From positions 22,240 through 86,239 of the forward strand of contig JARLIG010000004.1 of assembly GCA_031291825.1 (NCBI GenBank): a stretch of DNA of 64,000 nucleotides, in the 5' to 3' direction. Origin of the DNA: Minisyncoccota bacterium (GTDB taxonomy: Bacteria > Patescibacteriota > Minisyncoccia > Phycocordibacterales > UBA9973). The translations under genes and the position numbers were made by a program. Below the pieces are notes generated by a model. That model was not told where the DNA came from. It saw nothing but the letters and a program-made list of their open reading frames with translations, and did not search any database. This document shows, one piece after another, positions 9,440 to 19,922 of the stretch (position 1 is the first letter of the stretch; every line of letters starts with the position of its first letter).

Positions 9440-11239
9440 TTAACTCGGAGTTAATAATATCTGTAAAACTTGATATCCACTAATGTTTAAACCAGAGACT
9501 GTCTTGGTGGTGTATCCTGCCATGCTCGCAGTGACTTGGTAGCCACTTGCAGAAGTTAATCCGGGGAAGAAAACTTGTCCTGGAGTAAAACATCCAGAAA
9601 CATAATTTACTCCGATGCTGGTGATGGTTGGATTTTTGGTATTGTTAGTTGTTGAAAGATAGGCGCGATATCTTACATACCTATTGCCATTGTTTGTCGA
9701 GCCGATGGTTCCACCAGGTGTCGTGTAATATGTTCCACTTGTTCCGTCTGGTCCGACAAAATTCCAAGTAGTGTTGTCGTTGTTTGTGGCGACTTGAAAT
9801 TTTACAGTTACCGCGGGGTCTTGCGAAGTCGGTTGCCAATTCAAAGTCGTATAAGTTGTTCCATTGCTTCCTGTGTCAAAAGTTGATGAATCTAAATAGG
9901 CAGAGTTGACTAAAGTGTTGCCTCCGCTGCTGGCCAGTCTTATTGCTAAGGGCATGGTGGTTGTGTCGATTCCTCCGCTGTCTGCCCAGTACTGTGTTGT
10001 GTTGCTCCAATTAGCTTGTCCAGAACCACCATTCCAATATTGCTGGCTCCATAAGCTTCCTCCAGTTACACTACTTAAGTTCACTGAAGGACTTGTGTTT
10101 GTTAAGTTTACTGTTGCGCCTTCAATTGGATTTCCAGTTGATGAATCTTTTACAATTACCAATAAACTATTAGTTGTTTTTGTTCCGAGAATTAAATTAA
10201 ATAGTTGGGTTGTGTTTGGTAATAAATTAATTTGTTGGATTGGGGAAGAACCATAAATCATATAAGTATTGCCAGTCAAAGCGGGCGTGTAATTATCCCA
10301 TTCAATATTGGTAAGTGGAACTTGTCCACTACCACTTGAAGTAAATGTATTGTCATATTTTACAACATTGGGAGTGCCAATTAATTTTGAACCTTTAATT
10401 TCCATTCCCACCCCAGAGATAGCTCCGCAAGTTTGATTTAGTGTATTAAAGGTTAAATTACTTGTTTGGTCTATGGCAAAACTTATTTTTGTAACTTGGC
10501 CATTGGCAATAGTTGCATCTGGTTTTGTTGGACTAGGATTTGGTACAGTTATTGGATAAGTTTGGTCCGTGGAGTAACCACTTTTTGTAACTACAACATG
10601 ATAACTATTTGCGCTGTCAGGCAAACCAACCTCCACCCAATTTCCATTTGCATCACTCATTCTAGATAAATCGATACTTGGATTCACGCTACTGTTTGTG
10701 ATATTGATAGTTGCGCCCGGAACTGGTTGACCAACAGCATTGATAACTGAAAGCGATAATGCTCCACCGTTTGTCATATTTTCCAGTCCACTTGGGACGA
10801 TGTTTGTCACGAAATTGTCTATCTCGCCGGTTGCTGTATTGTTTACTGATAATTTTACTTGTTTATAATCATCTGGTGCAGCATCGGTGCCGAGCAAGGC
10901 TGTTCCGTCTGCTGGATCATCTATGTATGTCACTTCGTAATATATTTTATAGGTTGTGTTGCTTACGACAACACTAGTTGGGTTAAAAACATCTGGTAAA
11001 TTTCCGTGTGGATTTCCTTGAATGGTTCCAATTTGTGCATAGGGAATATTTCTGGCACTTTCTAGATATTGTCTGGCGAGCGATGAAATGGTTACGTTTT
11101 GCCAGTTTAGTGCTGCATCTTTGTAAACTAGAAAAAATGCTTGAGTCACGACTGTGGCTATCATTACAAAAATTGCAATGGAGACCAAACTCTCTATTAG
11201 GGAAAATCCACCTTGATGCTTTTTCGCTACGTGAATCAT
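9440..11239 (-). CDS. Large type IV pilin-like protein (599 aa) with a prepilin N-terminus.
   Basis: The N-terminus is MIHVAKKHQGGFSLIESLVSIAIFVMIA (G|FSLIE). A long S/T/N-rich globular region follows. Confidence 0.75.
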   Translation of the reverse strand: MIHVAKKHQGGFSLIESLVSIAIFVMIATVVTQAFFLVYKDAALNWQNVTISSLARQYLESARNIPYAQIGTIQGNPHGNLPDVFNPTSVVVSNTTYKIYYEVTYIDDPADGTALLGTDAAPDDYKQVKLSVNNTATGEIDNFVTNIVPSGLENMTNGGALSLSVINAVGQPVPGATINITNSSVNPSIDLSRMSDANGNWVEVGLPDSANSYHVVVTKSGYSTDQTYPITVPNPSPTKPDATIANGQVTKISFAIDQTSNLTFNTLNQTCGAISGVGMEIKGSKLIGTPNVVKYDNTFTSSGSGQVPLTNIEWDNYTPALTGNTYMIYGSSPIQQINLLPNTTQLFNLILGTKTTNSLLVIVKDSSTGNPIEGATVNLTNTSPSVNLSSVTGGSLWSQQYWNGGSGQANWSNTTQYWADSGGIDTTTMPLAIRLASSGGNTLVNSAYLDSSTFDTGSNGTTYTTLNWQPTSQDPAVTVKFQVATNNDNTTWNFVGPDGTSGTYYTTPGGTIGSTNNGNRYVRYRAYLSTTNNTKNPTITSIGVNYVSGCFTPGQVFFPGLTSASGYQVTASMAGYTTKTVSGLNISGYQVLQILLTPS

Positions 11240-11308
11240 ATCGATATTACTTATATTCTATCATATAAAATATGTAAAAGTGCTATTTTTGTGATATACT
11301 TTTGATAT

Positions 11309-12082
11309 ATGGAGAAGGTTATCAAGAAAATAATTTGCGCAAATTGGAAAATGAACCCACTTACCTTAAAAGAAGCGGAAAAATTGGTTAATGATATTGC
11401 TAAAAATATTACTACGATTAAAAAGACAGAGATTGCTGTATGCCCTCCGTTTTTGTATTTAGAGAAACTTCGTAAAATATCTAAAAAAATAATTATTGGC
11501 GCGCAAGATGCCTTTCCCGGGGATGTGGGTGCTTTTACTGGAGAAGTTTCAGCAGAAATGCTGTATCTTCTTGGGACTAAGTATGTGATTTTAGGACATT
11601 CTGAGAGGCGAGCACTTGGCGAGACAAATGATGATGTAAACAAAAAGATAAAGGCCTCTATTGCTTCTGGACTGTATCCGATTTTATGTGTCGGGGAGCG
11701 GACGCGAGACGAGAGTCATGATTATTTTAATTTAATTAAAACACAATTAGAAGTTTGTCTTTCTGGAATTTCTAAAAATTCAACCGCCAAAATAATTGTT
11801 GCCTATGAACCAATCTGGGCGATTTCCACTACCCCTGACCGAAGAGATGCGACTGCAGATGATTCTCGGGAAATGGCCGTTTTCATTCGCAAAAATCTTT
11901 TTGATAAATTTGGCAAAGATGCTACGCAAATCAGAGTCCTTTATGGTGGTTCGGTGAATGAAAAAACCGCAGGAGATTTTTTGGAAAATGGAGGAGTTGA
12001 TGGGTTACTCGTTGGACAGGCCTCTTTGGATGCAAAAAAATTCAGTACAATTATAAAAACATGCGAAGCATTAAACAAATAA
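11309..12082 (+). CDS. tpiA: Triosephosphate isomerase.
   Basis: The motifs ANWKMN, AYEPIWAI and YGGSV are present. Confidence 0.85.
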   Translation: MEKVIKKIICANWKMNPLTLKEAEKLVNDIAKNITTIKKTEIAVCPPFLYLEKLRKISKKIIIGAQDAFPGDVGAFTGEVSAEMLYLLGTKYVILGHSERRALGETNDDVNKKIKASIASGLYPILCVGERTRDESHDYFNLIKTQLEVCLSGISKNSTAKIIVAYEPIWAISTTPDRRDATADDSREMAVFIRKNLFDKFGKDATQIRVLYGGSVNEKTAGDFLENGGVDGLLVGQASLDAKKFSTIIKTCEALNK

Positions 12083-13176
12083 AAAACTTGAAAGGCCAAG
12101 TGGTACTTTTACGAGTGGATTTTAATGTTCCCCTCAAAAATGGAAAAGTAGAAGATAATTTCAGGATTATTAAAGCTTTACCTACGATAAAGTTTTTACA
12201 AAAAAGGGGAGCAAAAATAATTTTGATTACCCATTTGGGCAAGGGTGGTGATACGCTTTTACCTGTCGCTAAAGCTCTGAATAAATTTATCAAAGCAAAA
12301 TTTATACCGGAAGTTATTGGCCCTAGTGTGAAGAGTGCTGTTTCTAAAATGAAAAATGGTGAAGTTATTTTACTACAAAACTTGAGAAACAATGAAGGCG
12401 AACAAAAATGTGATAAAATTTTTGCGACTGAACTAGCAAAACTCGCAAATATCTATATAAATGAATGTTTTTCTGTCGACCACAGAGAAGATACTTCAAT
12501 TGTTCTTTTACCAAAAATCTTGCCAGCTTATGCTGGATTTCAATTAGAAGAAGAAGTAGAAAATCTATCCCATGCTTTTAAAAATCCGAAACACCCATTT
12601 TTGTTTATTTTGGGCGGAGCAAAATTTTCTACCAAGATGCCGTTAATTAAAAAATATTTAAAGCTGGCTGACTATGTTTTTATCGGCGGAGCCTTGGCAG
12701 ATGATTTTTTGAAAGCTAAGGGCTATGAAGTGGGGGAATCTTTAGTGGATAATACGAATTATGGCATTACTGGAATTATAAAAAATAAAAAATTAATTTT
12801 ACCAGAAGATGTTGTCGTCAGGTCTGGCGGAAAGTTAGTTAATAGAAAAGTTGATGAAGTAAAAAAGGGTGAAATTATTTTAGATGTTGGTATAGAAACT
12901 ATTAAAAAAATAGAACTTTTAATTAAAAAATCAAAATTAATTCTTTGGAATGGTCCACTTGGTAAATACGAAGATGGCGGAGCAACAGGAACCAAAAAAA
13001 TATTAAAATTTATAGCGAACGGAAAAGCCGAAAGTATTATTGGCGGAGGAGATACGGTAGCTATCATTTCGGCAATGAAGTTGGAGAATAAATTTTCTTT
13101 TGTTTCTACTGGCGGTGGCGCCACCTTAGATTTTCTAGCCAACGGAACCTTGCCAGGAATCAAAGTGCTTGGATGA
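12061..13176 (+). CDS. pgk: Phosphoglycerate kinase.
   Basis: The N-terminal segment VLLRVDFNVPLKNGKV matches the PGK signature. The length of 371 aa fits, and the gene is adjacent to tpiA. Confidence 0.85.
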   Translation: MRSIKQIKNLKGQVVLLRVDFNVPLKNGKVEDNFRIIKALPTIKFLQKRGAKIILITHLGKGGDTLLPVAKALNKFIKAKFIPEVIGPSVKSAVSKMKNGEVILLQNLRNNEGEQKCDKIFATELAKLANIYINECFSVDHREDTSIVLLPKILPAYAGFQLEEEVENLSHAFKNPKHPFLFILGGAKFSTKMPLIKKYLKLADYVFIGGALADDFLKAKGYEVGESLVDNTNYGITGIIKNKKLILPEDVVVRSGGKLVNRKVDEVKKGEIILDVGIETIKKIELLIKKSKLILWNGPLGKYEDGGATGTKKILKFIANGKAESIIGGGDTVAIISAMKLENKFSFVSTGGGATLDFLANGTLPGIKVLG

Positions 13177-13558
13177 TTTTCTCAATGATTTCTTTTTCTT
13201 CGCCTTCTTTGTATTTTTTTGTTGGGAACCTAGAAAAGCCATCGTTAAAATATCGTGGAATCAAATGAACATGTAAATGTGGAACATCAGTTCCACTAAT
13301 GGATAACTGTACGTAATCGCAACCAGTTGCATTTCTAATTGCAATCATTAATTTTTTAGATAACTTAAAAATCTCTGAAATTATTTCATCATCCGCTTCG
13401 TGCATCCAGACTATGTGTTCCTTGGGTATTATTAAAGTGTGACCACTGGAAACTGGTTGAATATCAAGAAAGGCCAAAAATTTCACATCATCATAAATGA
13501 ATTTCTTTGGCATCTCTCCTTTTACAATTTTACAAAAAATGCAATTCTCCATATGCAT
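13160..13558 (-). CDS. HIT-family (histidine triad) nucleotide hydrolase.
   Basis: It carries the HIT motif HLHVHLIPR and a Cys-containing N-terminus CIFCKI. Confidence 0.8.
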   Translation of the reverse strand: MHMENCIFCKIVKGEMPKKFIYDDVKFLAFLDIQPVSSGHTLIIPKEHIVWMHEADDEIISEIFKLSKKLMIAIRNATGCDYVQLSISGTDVPHLHVHLIPRYFNDGFSRFPTKKYKEGEEKEIIEKIIQAL

Positions 13559-13582
13559 CTATTGTATGCTAAAATTGGATTT

Positions 13583-15322
13583 ATGCAAAAGTATGGGGAA
13601 TTATTGAGGACGCTTTTAGAAAAAAGAGGTATTGTGGACGAAGCGGGAGCTGGTATTTTTTTAAATCCAGATTACGAGCGTGATTTTCATGACCCATTTT
13701 TGATGAGAGATATGAAAATTGCCTGTGCTCGCATTTTAGATGCGATAGAAAAGGGTGAAAAAATAATTATTTATGCGGATTACGACTGTGATGGAATCCC
13801 TGGAGCCGTTATTTTAAGTGATTTTTTTAAGCAAATCGGCTATAAAAATTATGAAGTTTATATCCCTCAAAGAAATTCTGAGGGATATGGATTAAATCTC
13901 GAGGCAATAAAACAATTCAAAGAATCAAAGGTAAAACTTTTAATTACAATTGATCTAGGTATTACCGCAGTGGAAGAAGTCGCTCAAGCTAAAAAAGACG
14001 GTATTGATGTCATAGTTACCGACCATCACATTCCTCAGGCAATTTTACCCAAAGCTTGTGCAATTTTAAATCCAAAGGTGGATGATTATCCAGAAAAAAT
14101 GTTATGCGGAGCTGGCGTAGTTTTTAAATTAATACAAGGATTAATAAAGTTTACAGAAAACGGAGAGATTGCTATTTTAGCAGACGAGGACTGTTTGAGC
14201 GAAGCGAGTTACGCAGGCAAGAAAATAGCAAGCTCTCCGTTTTTTAAGGGTTTTGAAAAATGGATGCTTGATATGGCTGGCTTGGCGACACTCTCAGACA
14301 TGGTTCCACTGACTGGTGAAAATAGAGCTATCGCTTATTTTGGGATGAAAGTTTTAAAAAAATCTCCACGGCCAGGATTGCAAAAGTTGCTTTCGAAAAT
14401 GAACATTGACCAGAGATATTTGTCGGAAGATGATGTTGGATTCATGATTACTCCGCGACTCAATGCGGCTTCTAGGATGGACAATCCAATGCGAGCTTAT
14501 GAGGTTCTTTCGACGATTGATGCAGTAGAGGCTGGTATTTTAGCAGACCATTTATCAAAAATAAATGATGAGAGAAAAAGTATTGTCACGGGAATTATGC
14601 GTGAAGCAAATAAGACATTAGAAAGAAGTTTGACCGACACCGAGCGGGGACAAAGAGAAGTTATCGTTATCGGGAATCCTGAATGGCGAGTGGGGGTGCT
14701 TGGTTTGGTGGCTGGAAAAATATCTGACCAACACAAAAAACCGGTTTTCGTCTGGGGTAAAGACGAAAATGATTGCATTAAAGGTTCTTGCCGTAGTGAT
14801 GGTTCAGTTTCGATTATGGATTTAATGAATGACGCAAGTGAATCATTTTTGGATTATGGTGGGCATGAATTAGCGGGAGGTTTTACGGTGCAGAGTGACA
14901 AGATACATTTTCTAGAAGAGGCTTTAGCTAGTTCTTTTAATAAAGTTAAAAAAGAAAAAAAAGAAGAAAAAATTAATTATGATGTTCAGGCTGACTTAAG
15001 TGTCGTGAATATGAAAAATTGGCGAGAAATAAATAAGATGGCACCTTTTGGATTTGGAAACCCTAAACCAATTTTTCTTTTTGAAGGAGTAAAAATAGAG
15101 AAGCTAAAAAAGTTTGGTAAGAATGGCTCTGGTGAACATTTGGAAATTACTTTCTCAGACGCAAACAAAAACAAAGCAGTCGCGATTTCTTTTTTCAGCA
15201 ATATTGATTCTTTTAATAATCCTTTAGTGGAAGGTTTAAATGTAAATTTATTGGCGACTTTTGATCTGTCTAGATTTAGAGGCAGAGAAGAGTTAAGATT
15301 AAGAATAGAAGATATATTTTAA
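13583..15322 (+). CDS. recJ: RecJ-like single-stranded-DNA exonuclease (DHH/DHHA1 phosphoesterase).
   Basis: DHH motifs YADYDCDGI and VTDHH and the DHHA1 motif GGHELAGG are present. The ORF track start at 13439 overlaps the HIT gene on the opposite strand, so the likely start is 13583 (MQKYGELL...) or 13553. Confidence 0.8.
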   Translation: MQKYGELLRTLLEKRGIVDEAGAGIFLNPDYERDFHDPFLMRDMKIACARILDAIEKGEKIIIYADYDCDGIPGAVILSDFFKQIGYKNYEVYIPQRNSEGYGLNLEAIKQFKESKVKLLITIDLGITAVEEVAQAKKDGIDVIVTDHHIPQAILPKACAILNPKVDDYPEKMLCGAGVVFKLIQGLIKFTENGEIAILADEDCLSEASYAGKKIASSPFFKGFEKWMLDMAGLATLSDMVPLTGENRAIAYFGMKVLKKSPRPGLQKLLSKMNIDQRYLSEDDVGFMITPRLNAASRMDNPMRAYEVLSTIDAVEAGILADHLSKINDERKSIVTGIMREANKTLERSLTDTERGQREVIVIGNPEWRVGVLGLVAGKISDQHKKPVFVWGKDENDCIKGSCRSDGSVSIMDLMNDASESFLDYGGHELAGGFTVQSDKIHFLEEALASSFNKVKKEKKEEKINYDVQADLSVVNMKNWREINKMAPFGFGNPKPIFLFEGVKIEKLKKFGKNGSGEHLEITFSDANKNKAVAISFFSNIDSFNNPLVEGLNVNLLATFDLSRFRGREELRLRIEDIF

Positions 15323-15323
15323 C

Positions 15324-15788
15324 ATGAAAAAAGGTGAAATACAGATTTATACCGACGGCGCAGCCAAGGGAAACCCCGGGAGTGCTGGTTGGGGCGCCAT
15401 TATTCTTTCGGGGAAAGATATCTTTGAAATTGGCGGAGGAGTGGACCATGCGACAAACAATCAAATGGAATTGATGGCACCAATTGAGGCATTGAAATAT
15501 GTAAAAAAGCACAAGATTACACATCCCATCGAATTTTTTTCTGATTCGAAATATGTAATTTTGGGAATTACTGAATGGATTTTTAATTGGCAAAAAAATA
15601 ATTGGCGTAATGCTGCTAAGAAGCCAGTTTTAAACCGCGAACTTTGGGAAGAACTTTACGAATTAACCAGAGAGCTAAAACCTAAGTGGACTTATGTGAA
15701 AGGGCACAATGAAGATCATTGGAACGAGCGAGCGGACGAGATAGCGACAAGTTTTGCAGAAGGTTTTCCAGTAGAACTTAAAAAATAA
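15324..15788 (+). CDS. rnhA: Ribonuclease HI.
   Basis: The segments IYTDGAAKGNPGSAGWGAI and NNQMELMA and a C-terminal H..N are present. Confidence 0.8.
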   Translation: MKKGEIQIYTDGAAKGNPGSAGWGAIILSGKDIFEIGGGVDHATNNQMELMAPIEALKYVKKHKITHPIEFFSDSKYVILGITEWIFNWQKNNWRNAAKKPVLNRELWEELYELTRELKPKWTYVKGHNEDHWNERADEIATSFAEGFPVELKK

Positions 15789-15799
15789 AGTGGAATAGA

Positions 15800-17275
15800 A
15801 TGCGTGATAGAATTTTCTACACAATCTGTTTTGGATTTTTATTTGGAGTATTGTTACGGTCTTTCATCGGCATAGATTTATATCTGACTATTTTATTTTC
15901 TGTAATTTCTCTGGCGTTAATTTTATTTTTCTCTTTAATATCTAAAAACGAATTTGGCATCTTAGCTTCTATTTTTGTTTTGACATTTTGTTTTGGTATT
16001 TTTCGATTTCATCTAGCCGATGTCGGAGCGCCGAATGTTTTTGAGTCGCAGGTTGGGCAGAAGAATACTTTTTCTGGAGTAATTGTGGATGAGCCAGATG
16101 TTCGTCCCAATGACCAATTATTGACAGTAGAAACTATTTCTGGCGCTGATAAAACAAAAGTTTTAATTTCTAGTGACTTGGACCAAGATTTTAAATATGG
16201 TGATGAGATAAATTTCACGGGTAAATTAACAAAACCCAAGAATTTTTTAACGGACCAAGGAAAAACTTTTGATTATATAAATTATTTACGCAAAGACGGA
16301 ATTTTATACACGATGAGCTATCCAGTGACAGACATCGTCTCGCGCGGCAATGGAAACAAAATAAAGGCGATGCTGTTCTTTGCAAAAGAAAAATTTCTGG
16401 ATAAAATAAATTTTTTGTTGCCTAGTCCAGAGTCCATCTTTGCCAGTGGTTTGATGTTGGGAGACAGGTCTGATTTTGACCAAACTTTAAAACAAAATTT
16501 TGTAAACACGGGAATGATTCACCTCGTCACACTTTCTGGCTATAAGGTGACGATGGTCGCTGGTTGGTTTATACAATTATTTTCCTTTTTACCGCTTGGT
16601 GTGGCCATCGGTATAGGTGTTTTAGCTGTGTGGTGTTTCGTTTTGATGACTGGAGGTATCGCGAGTGCGATTCGAGCTGGAACAATGGCTACTTTAGCAT
16701 TGATTGCTCGCGCTACCGGGAGAAATTATGATGTCGCACGGGCGCTTATCCTAACAGCTGTTCTGATGGTTCTATTTAACCCATTTATTTTATTTTATGA
16801 TGTTTCTTTTCAGCTTTCTTTTCTTGGCACCATCGCTATAATCTTTTTTACTCCAAAAATTGAGAAATATTTTACTTGGATAACACGCCGTTTTTACTTG
16901 CAAGAAATTATTACGATGACTTGCGCTATATATATTTTTGTTTTTCCTTACATCCTGTACAAAATGGGAGATTTTTCCCTCGTGACCTTACCAGCAAATA
17001 TTTTTACTATGCCTCTTTTCCCACTGACTATTATGTTTGGATTCTTGACCGGTTTTGTTGGACTTTTTTCTAACATTTTAGCGTCGCCTTTTGCCTACAT
17101 GACATATTTCTCACTTCACTACCAACTTTTTGTAATTAATTTCTTTGCCAACTTACAATTTGCCGCTTTTAATATCCCCAATTTTCCTTTATGGCTGACA
17201 CTTTTAATCTACGCATGTTTAACCTACATACTTTTTTGTAAAAATATTAAGAATTTCTTTACTGAGCGTTTTTAA
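15800..17275 (+). CDS. comEC: ComEC/Rec2-family DNA-uptake channel protein (competence domain only, no beta-lactamase domain).
   Basis: The protein is polytopic. The segment LMLGDRSDFDQTLKQNFVNTGMIHLVTLSGYKVTMVAGW matches the ComEC core. Confidence 0.7.
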   Translation: MRDRIFYTICFGFLFGVLLRSFIGIDLYLTILFSVISLALILFFSLISKNEFGILASIFVLTFCFGIFRFHLADVGAPNVFESQVGQKNTFSGVIVDEPDVRPNDQLLTVETISGADKTKVLISSDLDQDFKYGDEINFTGKLTKPKNFLTDQGKTFDYINYLRKDGILYTMSYPVTDIVSRGNGNKIKAMLFFAKEKFLDKINFLLPSPESIFASGLMLGDRSDFDQTLKQNFVNTGMIHLVTLSGYKVTMVAGWFIQLFSFLPLGVAIGIGVLAVWCFVLMTGGIASAIRAGTMATLALIARATGRNYDVARALILTAVLMVLFNPFILFYDVSFQLSFLGTIAIIFFTPKIEKYFTWITRRFYLQEIITMTCAIYIFVFPYILYKMGDFSLVTLPANIFTMPLFPLTIMFGFLTGFVGLFSNILASPFAYMTYFSLHYQLFVINFFANLQFAAFNIPNFPLWLTLLIYACLTYILFCKNIKNFFTERF

Positions 17276-17855
17276 AATTTTCTTCAATTACTTCCCAGTT
17301 TAAATTTTCAAAAAAATCTTCAACATATTGTTTCTTGCCACTTGGTTGATAGTCAGCTACATATGAATGTTCCCACATATCAAGAGCTAAAATCATTTTA
17401 CAGCCGTTTAGCTGGCCTATGTGTTGCTCATCTATCCATGAAGCTAGCACACGATTATCTTTTTTGTCATACCAAAGCACAGCCCAACCAATTCCGCGTG
17501 TTGTGGTTGCCATACTTTTAAAAGTATTTAGCCATTCTTCAAAAGACCCCCAAGCGTCAATAATTGATTTTTTAAGAGAACTTGAATCAGTAATTTTTTT
17601 TGGTCCACCTTCGAGCGAAGCAAAATATACTTCATGGTTGCGTATTCCGTTATATTCGAAACTAAATCTACGTCCAAGTTCACCCAGGATATAAGAGGTT
17701 GCTGCAGGGTCAGCATTATATTTACCAAACATTTCTATGATGCTGTTTGCATTTTTCACATAACCAGCGTATAGCTTTAAATGCTCTTCGATATTCTTCG
17801 CGGAGATGCCTTTTAGTTCTACTATATTAAATTTTTGTTCTATAAATTTTTCCAT
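17259..17855 (-). CDS. sodA: Fe/Mn-family superoxide dismutase.
   Basis: The C-terminal motif LALDMWEHSYVADYQ matches D-x-W-E-H-x-Y-Y, and NGIRNHEVYF is present. Confidence 0.7.
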   Translation of the reverse strand: MEKFIEQKFNIVELKGISAKNIEEHLKLYAGYVKNANSIIEMFGKYNADPAATSYILGELGRRFSFEYNGIRNHEVYFASLEGGPKKITDSSSLKKSIIDAWGSFEEWLNTFKSMATTTRGIGWAVLWYDKKDNRVLASWIDEQHIGQLNGCKMILALDMWEHSYVADYQPSGKKQYVEDFFENLNWEVIEENFKNAQ

Positions 17856-17942
17856 AAATTTGTCCTTATTAATTGATAATTATAGTGAAATTGTAGCATA
17901 CTTCATGATTGCAAAAAACAAGTGGGGTGGTAAACTGTAATT

Positions 17943-19199
17943 ATGCAAACTAAACTACATGATAAACTCGTTGAGAAGTTAATTAGAGGTGAGGAGAAGA
18001 GACAAGCCGAAGGGTTAGAGCTCATTCCTTCCGAAAACTATGTCTCTGAAGATGTATTAAAAGCTAATGGTTCTGTTTTTACAAATAAATATTCCGAAGG
18101 TTATCCGGGTAAGCGTTATTATGGCGGACAAGATTGGACTGACCAAGTCGAAAGATTGGCGATTGAACGTGTTTGTAAACTATTTAAATGCAAGTTTGCC
18201 AACGTGCAACCACATTCTGGTGCTCCCGCTAACTTGGCTGTTTATGCGGCGCTCCTAGAACCTGGCGATACGGTGCTTGGCATGGACTTATCACATGGCG
18301 GACACTTAACACACGGACATCCGCTGACACTTCCCGCAAAAATATATAAATTTATCGGTTATAAAATGAAAGACCCTGATACGGGCGAAATTGATTACGA
18401 TGAACTTCGTAAGTTGGCGAAAGAACACAAGCCAAAAATCATTCTGGCTGGATTTTCTGCTTATCCAAAAACTTTGGACTATAAAAAATTCGTTGATATT
18501 GCGCATGAAGTCGGAGCTATTACGATGGCTGACATGGCGCACATCGCAGGATTGATTGCTACGGGAGTTTTGCGTAATCCATTTGATGATGGTTTTGATA
18601 TCATCACTTCCACGACTCACAAGACACTTCGTGGTCCACGTGGGGGAATAATTCTTACTCGCGAAAATGAAGAGATTGCGAAAAAAATTGATAAATCTAT
18701 TTTTCCTGGCATTCAAGGCGGTCCGCATATGCATACCATTGCCGCGAAAGCTGTGGCTTTTGGAGAAGCTATGACTCCAAAATATAAAGCTTACGCAAAA
18801 CAAATTTTGAAAAATGCGAAAGCAATGGCGGAAGTTTTCAAAAAGAATAAAATTCGCATGATTGGCGGTGGTACCGAAAATCACCTTATTCTAGCTGATG
18901 TTTTTGGATCTTTAGGGGTGACCGGCAAAGAAGCGCAGACAGTGCTTGATGAAGTCGGTATTACTTTAAACATGAATTCAATTGCGGGCGACGTACGCAA
19001 ACCGATGGATCCATCTGGTATTCGTTTCGGAACTCCGGCTATCACTACTCGTGGTTTTAAAGAGAAAGATTGTAAACGTGTAGCAGAGCTGATGATAATG
19101 ACACTCAAAAATAAAGACGATAAAAAAATAAAAGAAAAAGTACACAAAGAAATTAAATCTTTGGCGAAAAAGTTTCCAATTCCAAAAAAGTTTGTTTAA
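17943..19199 (+). CDS. glyA: Serine hydroxymethyltransferase.
   Basis: The segment LELIPSENYVS and the PLP-Lys region TSTTHKTLRGPRGG are present. Confidence 0.9.
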   Translation: MQTKLHDKLVEKLIRGEEKRQAEGLELIPSENYVSEDVLKANGSVFTNKYSEGYPGKRYYGGQDWTDQVERLAIERVCKLFKCKFANVQPHSGAPANLAVYAALLEPGDTVLGMDLSHGGHLTHGHPLTLPAKIYKFIGYKMKDPDTGEIDYDELRKLAKEHKPKIILAGFSAYPKTLDYKKFVDIAHEVGAITMADMAHIAGLIATGVLRNPFDDGFDIITSTTHKTLRGPRGGIILTRENEEIAKKIDKSIFPGIQGGPHMHTIAAKAVAFGEAMTPKYKAYAKQILKNAKAMAEVFKKNKIRMIGGGTENHLILADVFGSLGVTGKEAQTVLDEVGITLNMNSIAGDVRKPMDPSGIRFGTPAITTRGFKEKDCKRVAELMIMTLKNKDDKKIKEKVHKEIKSLAKKFPIPKKFV

Positions 19200-19205
19200 A
19201 AAATT

Positions 19206-19886
19206 ATGTTAAAAAATAAAGTTGTAGTTATAACGGGGTCAACGAAAGGACTTGGTAGAGCAACCGCTTGTGCTTTTTTAAGCGAGGGCGCCAAAGTCAT
19301 TATCAATTCTCGGGATAAAAAAGAACTTGAAGCAGTATGTAAGGAGATGGGAGTAATTGGTTACGCTGGCAATGTCACAAAAGAAGCTGATATGAAAAAG
19401 CTGGTGAATTTTGCGGTGAAAAAATTCGGAAAACTAGATGTCTGGGTTAATAATGCTGGCATATGGCTACCTCATTTACCGATAGAGCAAACTGATTGGA
19501 AAAGAGCTCATGACCTAATCGAAGTTAATTTATTTGGAACAGTTTATGGCTCAAAGTCAGCCTTAGCTCAAATGCGCAAGCAGGGTTTTGGAACAATTGT
19601 TAATATTATTTCAACTAGTGGGCTTGATGGGAAAATAAACGAGACAGCTTATTGCTCCAGTAAATTTGCGGTCAGAGGATTTACTGAAGCTCTCATGAAA
19701 GAAGTAGATGAAAAGAAAATTAAAGTACTCGGAGTTTACCCTGGTGGTATGCAAACAAATTTATTTGATGAAAAAAGACCAAAAAAATATAAAGAGTTTA
19801 TGGAACCAAGTTTTGTGGCTCAAAAAATAATTCAGAACTTAAAACTAGCTAAACCAAAAGAAAAACTAGTTATAAGAAGGAAATAA
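19206..19886 (+). CDS. Short-chain dehydrogenase/reductase (SDR).
   Basis: There is a TGSTKGLGRA Rossmann motif, an NNAG segment and the catalytic YCSSK (YxxxK). Confidence 0.75.
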   Translation: MLKNKVVVITGSTKGLGRATACAFLSEGAKVIINSRDKKELEAVCKEMGVIGYAGNVTKEADMKKLVNFAVKKFGKLDVWVNNAGIWLPHLPIEQTDWKRAHDLIEVNLFGTVYGSKSALAQMRKQGFGTIVNIISTSGLDGKINETAYCSSKFAVRGFTEALMKEVDEKKIKVLGVYPGGMQTNLFDEKRPKKYKEFMEPSFVAQKIIQNLKLAKPKEKLVIRRK

Positions 19887-19922
19887 TTTTCTATTTAAGC
19901 TATTTTTTGCTATATTTCATAT

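Noticed and set aside
17259-17855. Possible loss of the first metal-ligand His in the SOD (EEHLKLY instead of HHxKHH).
   Set aside because: Alignment register is ambiguous without a tool. The other three ligand positions (NHEVYF His, D-x-WEH) are present, so I do not claim an inactive enzyme.
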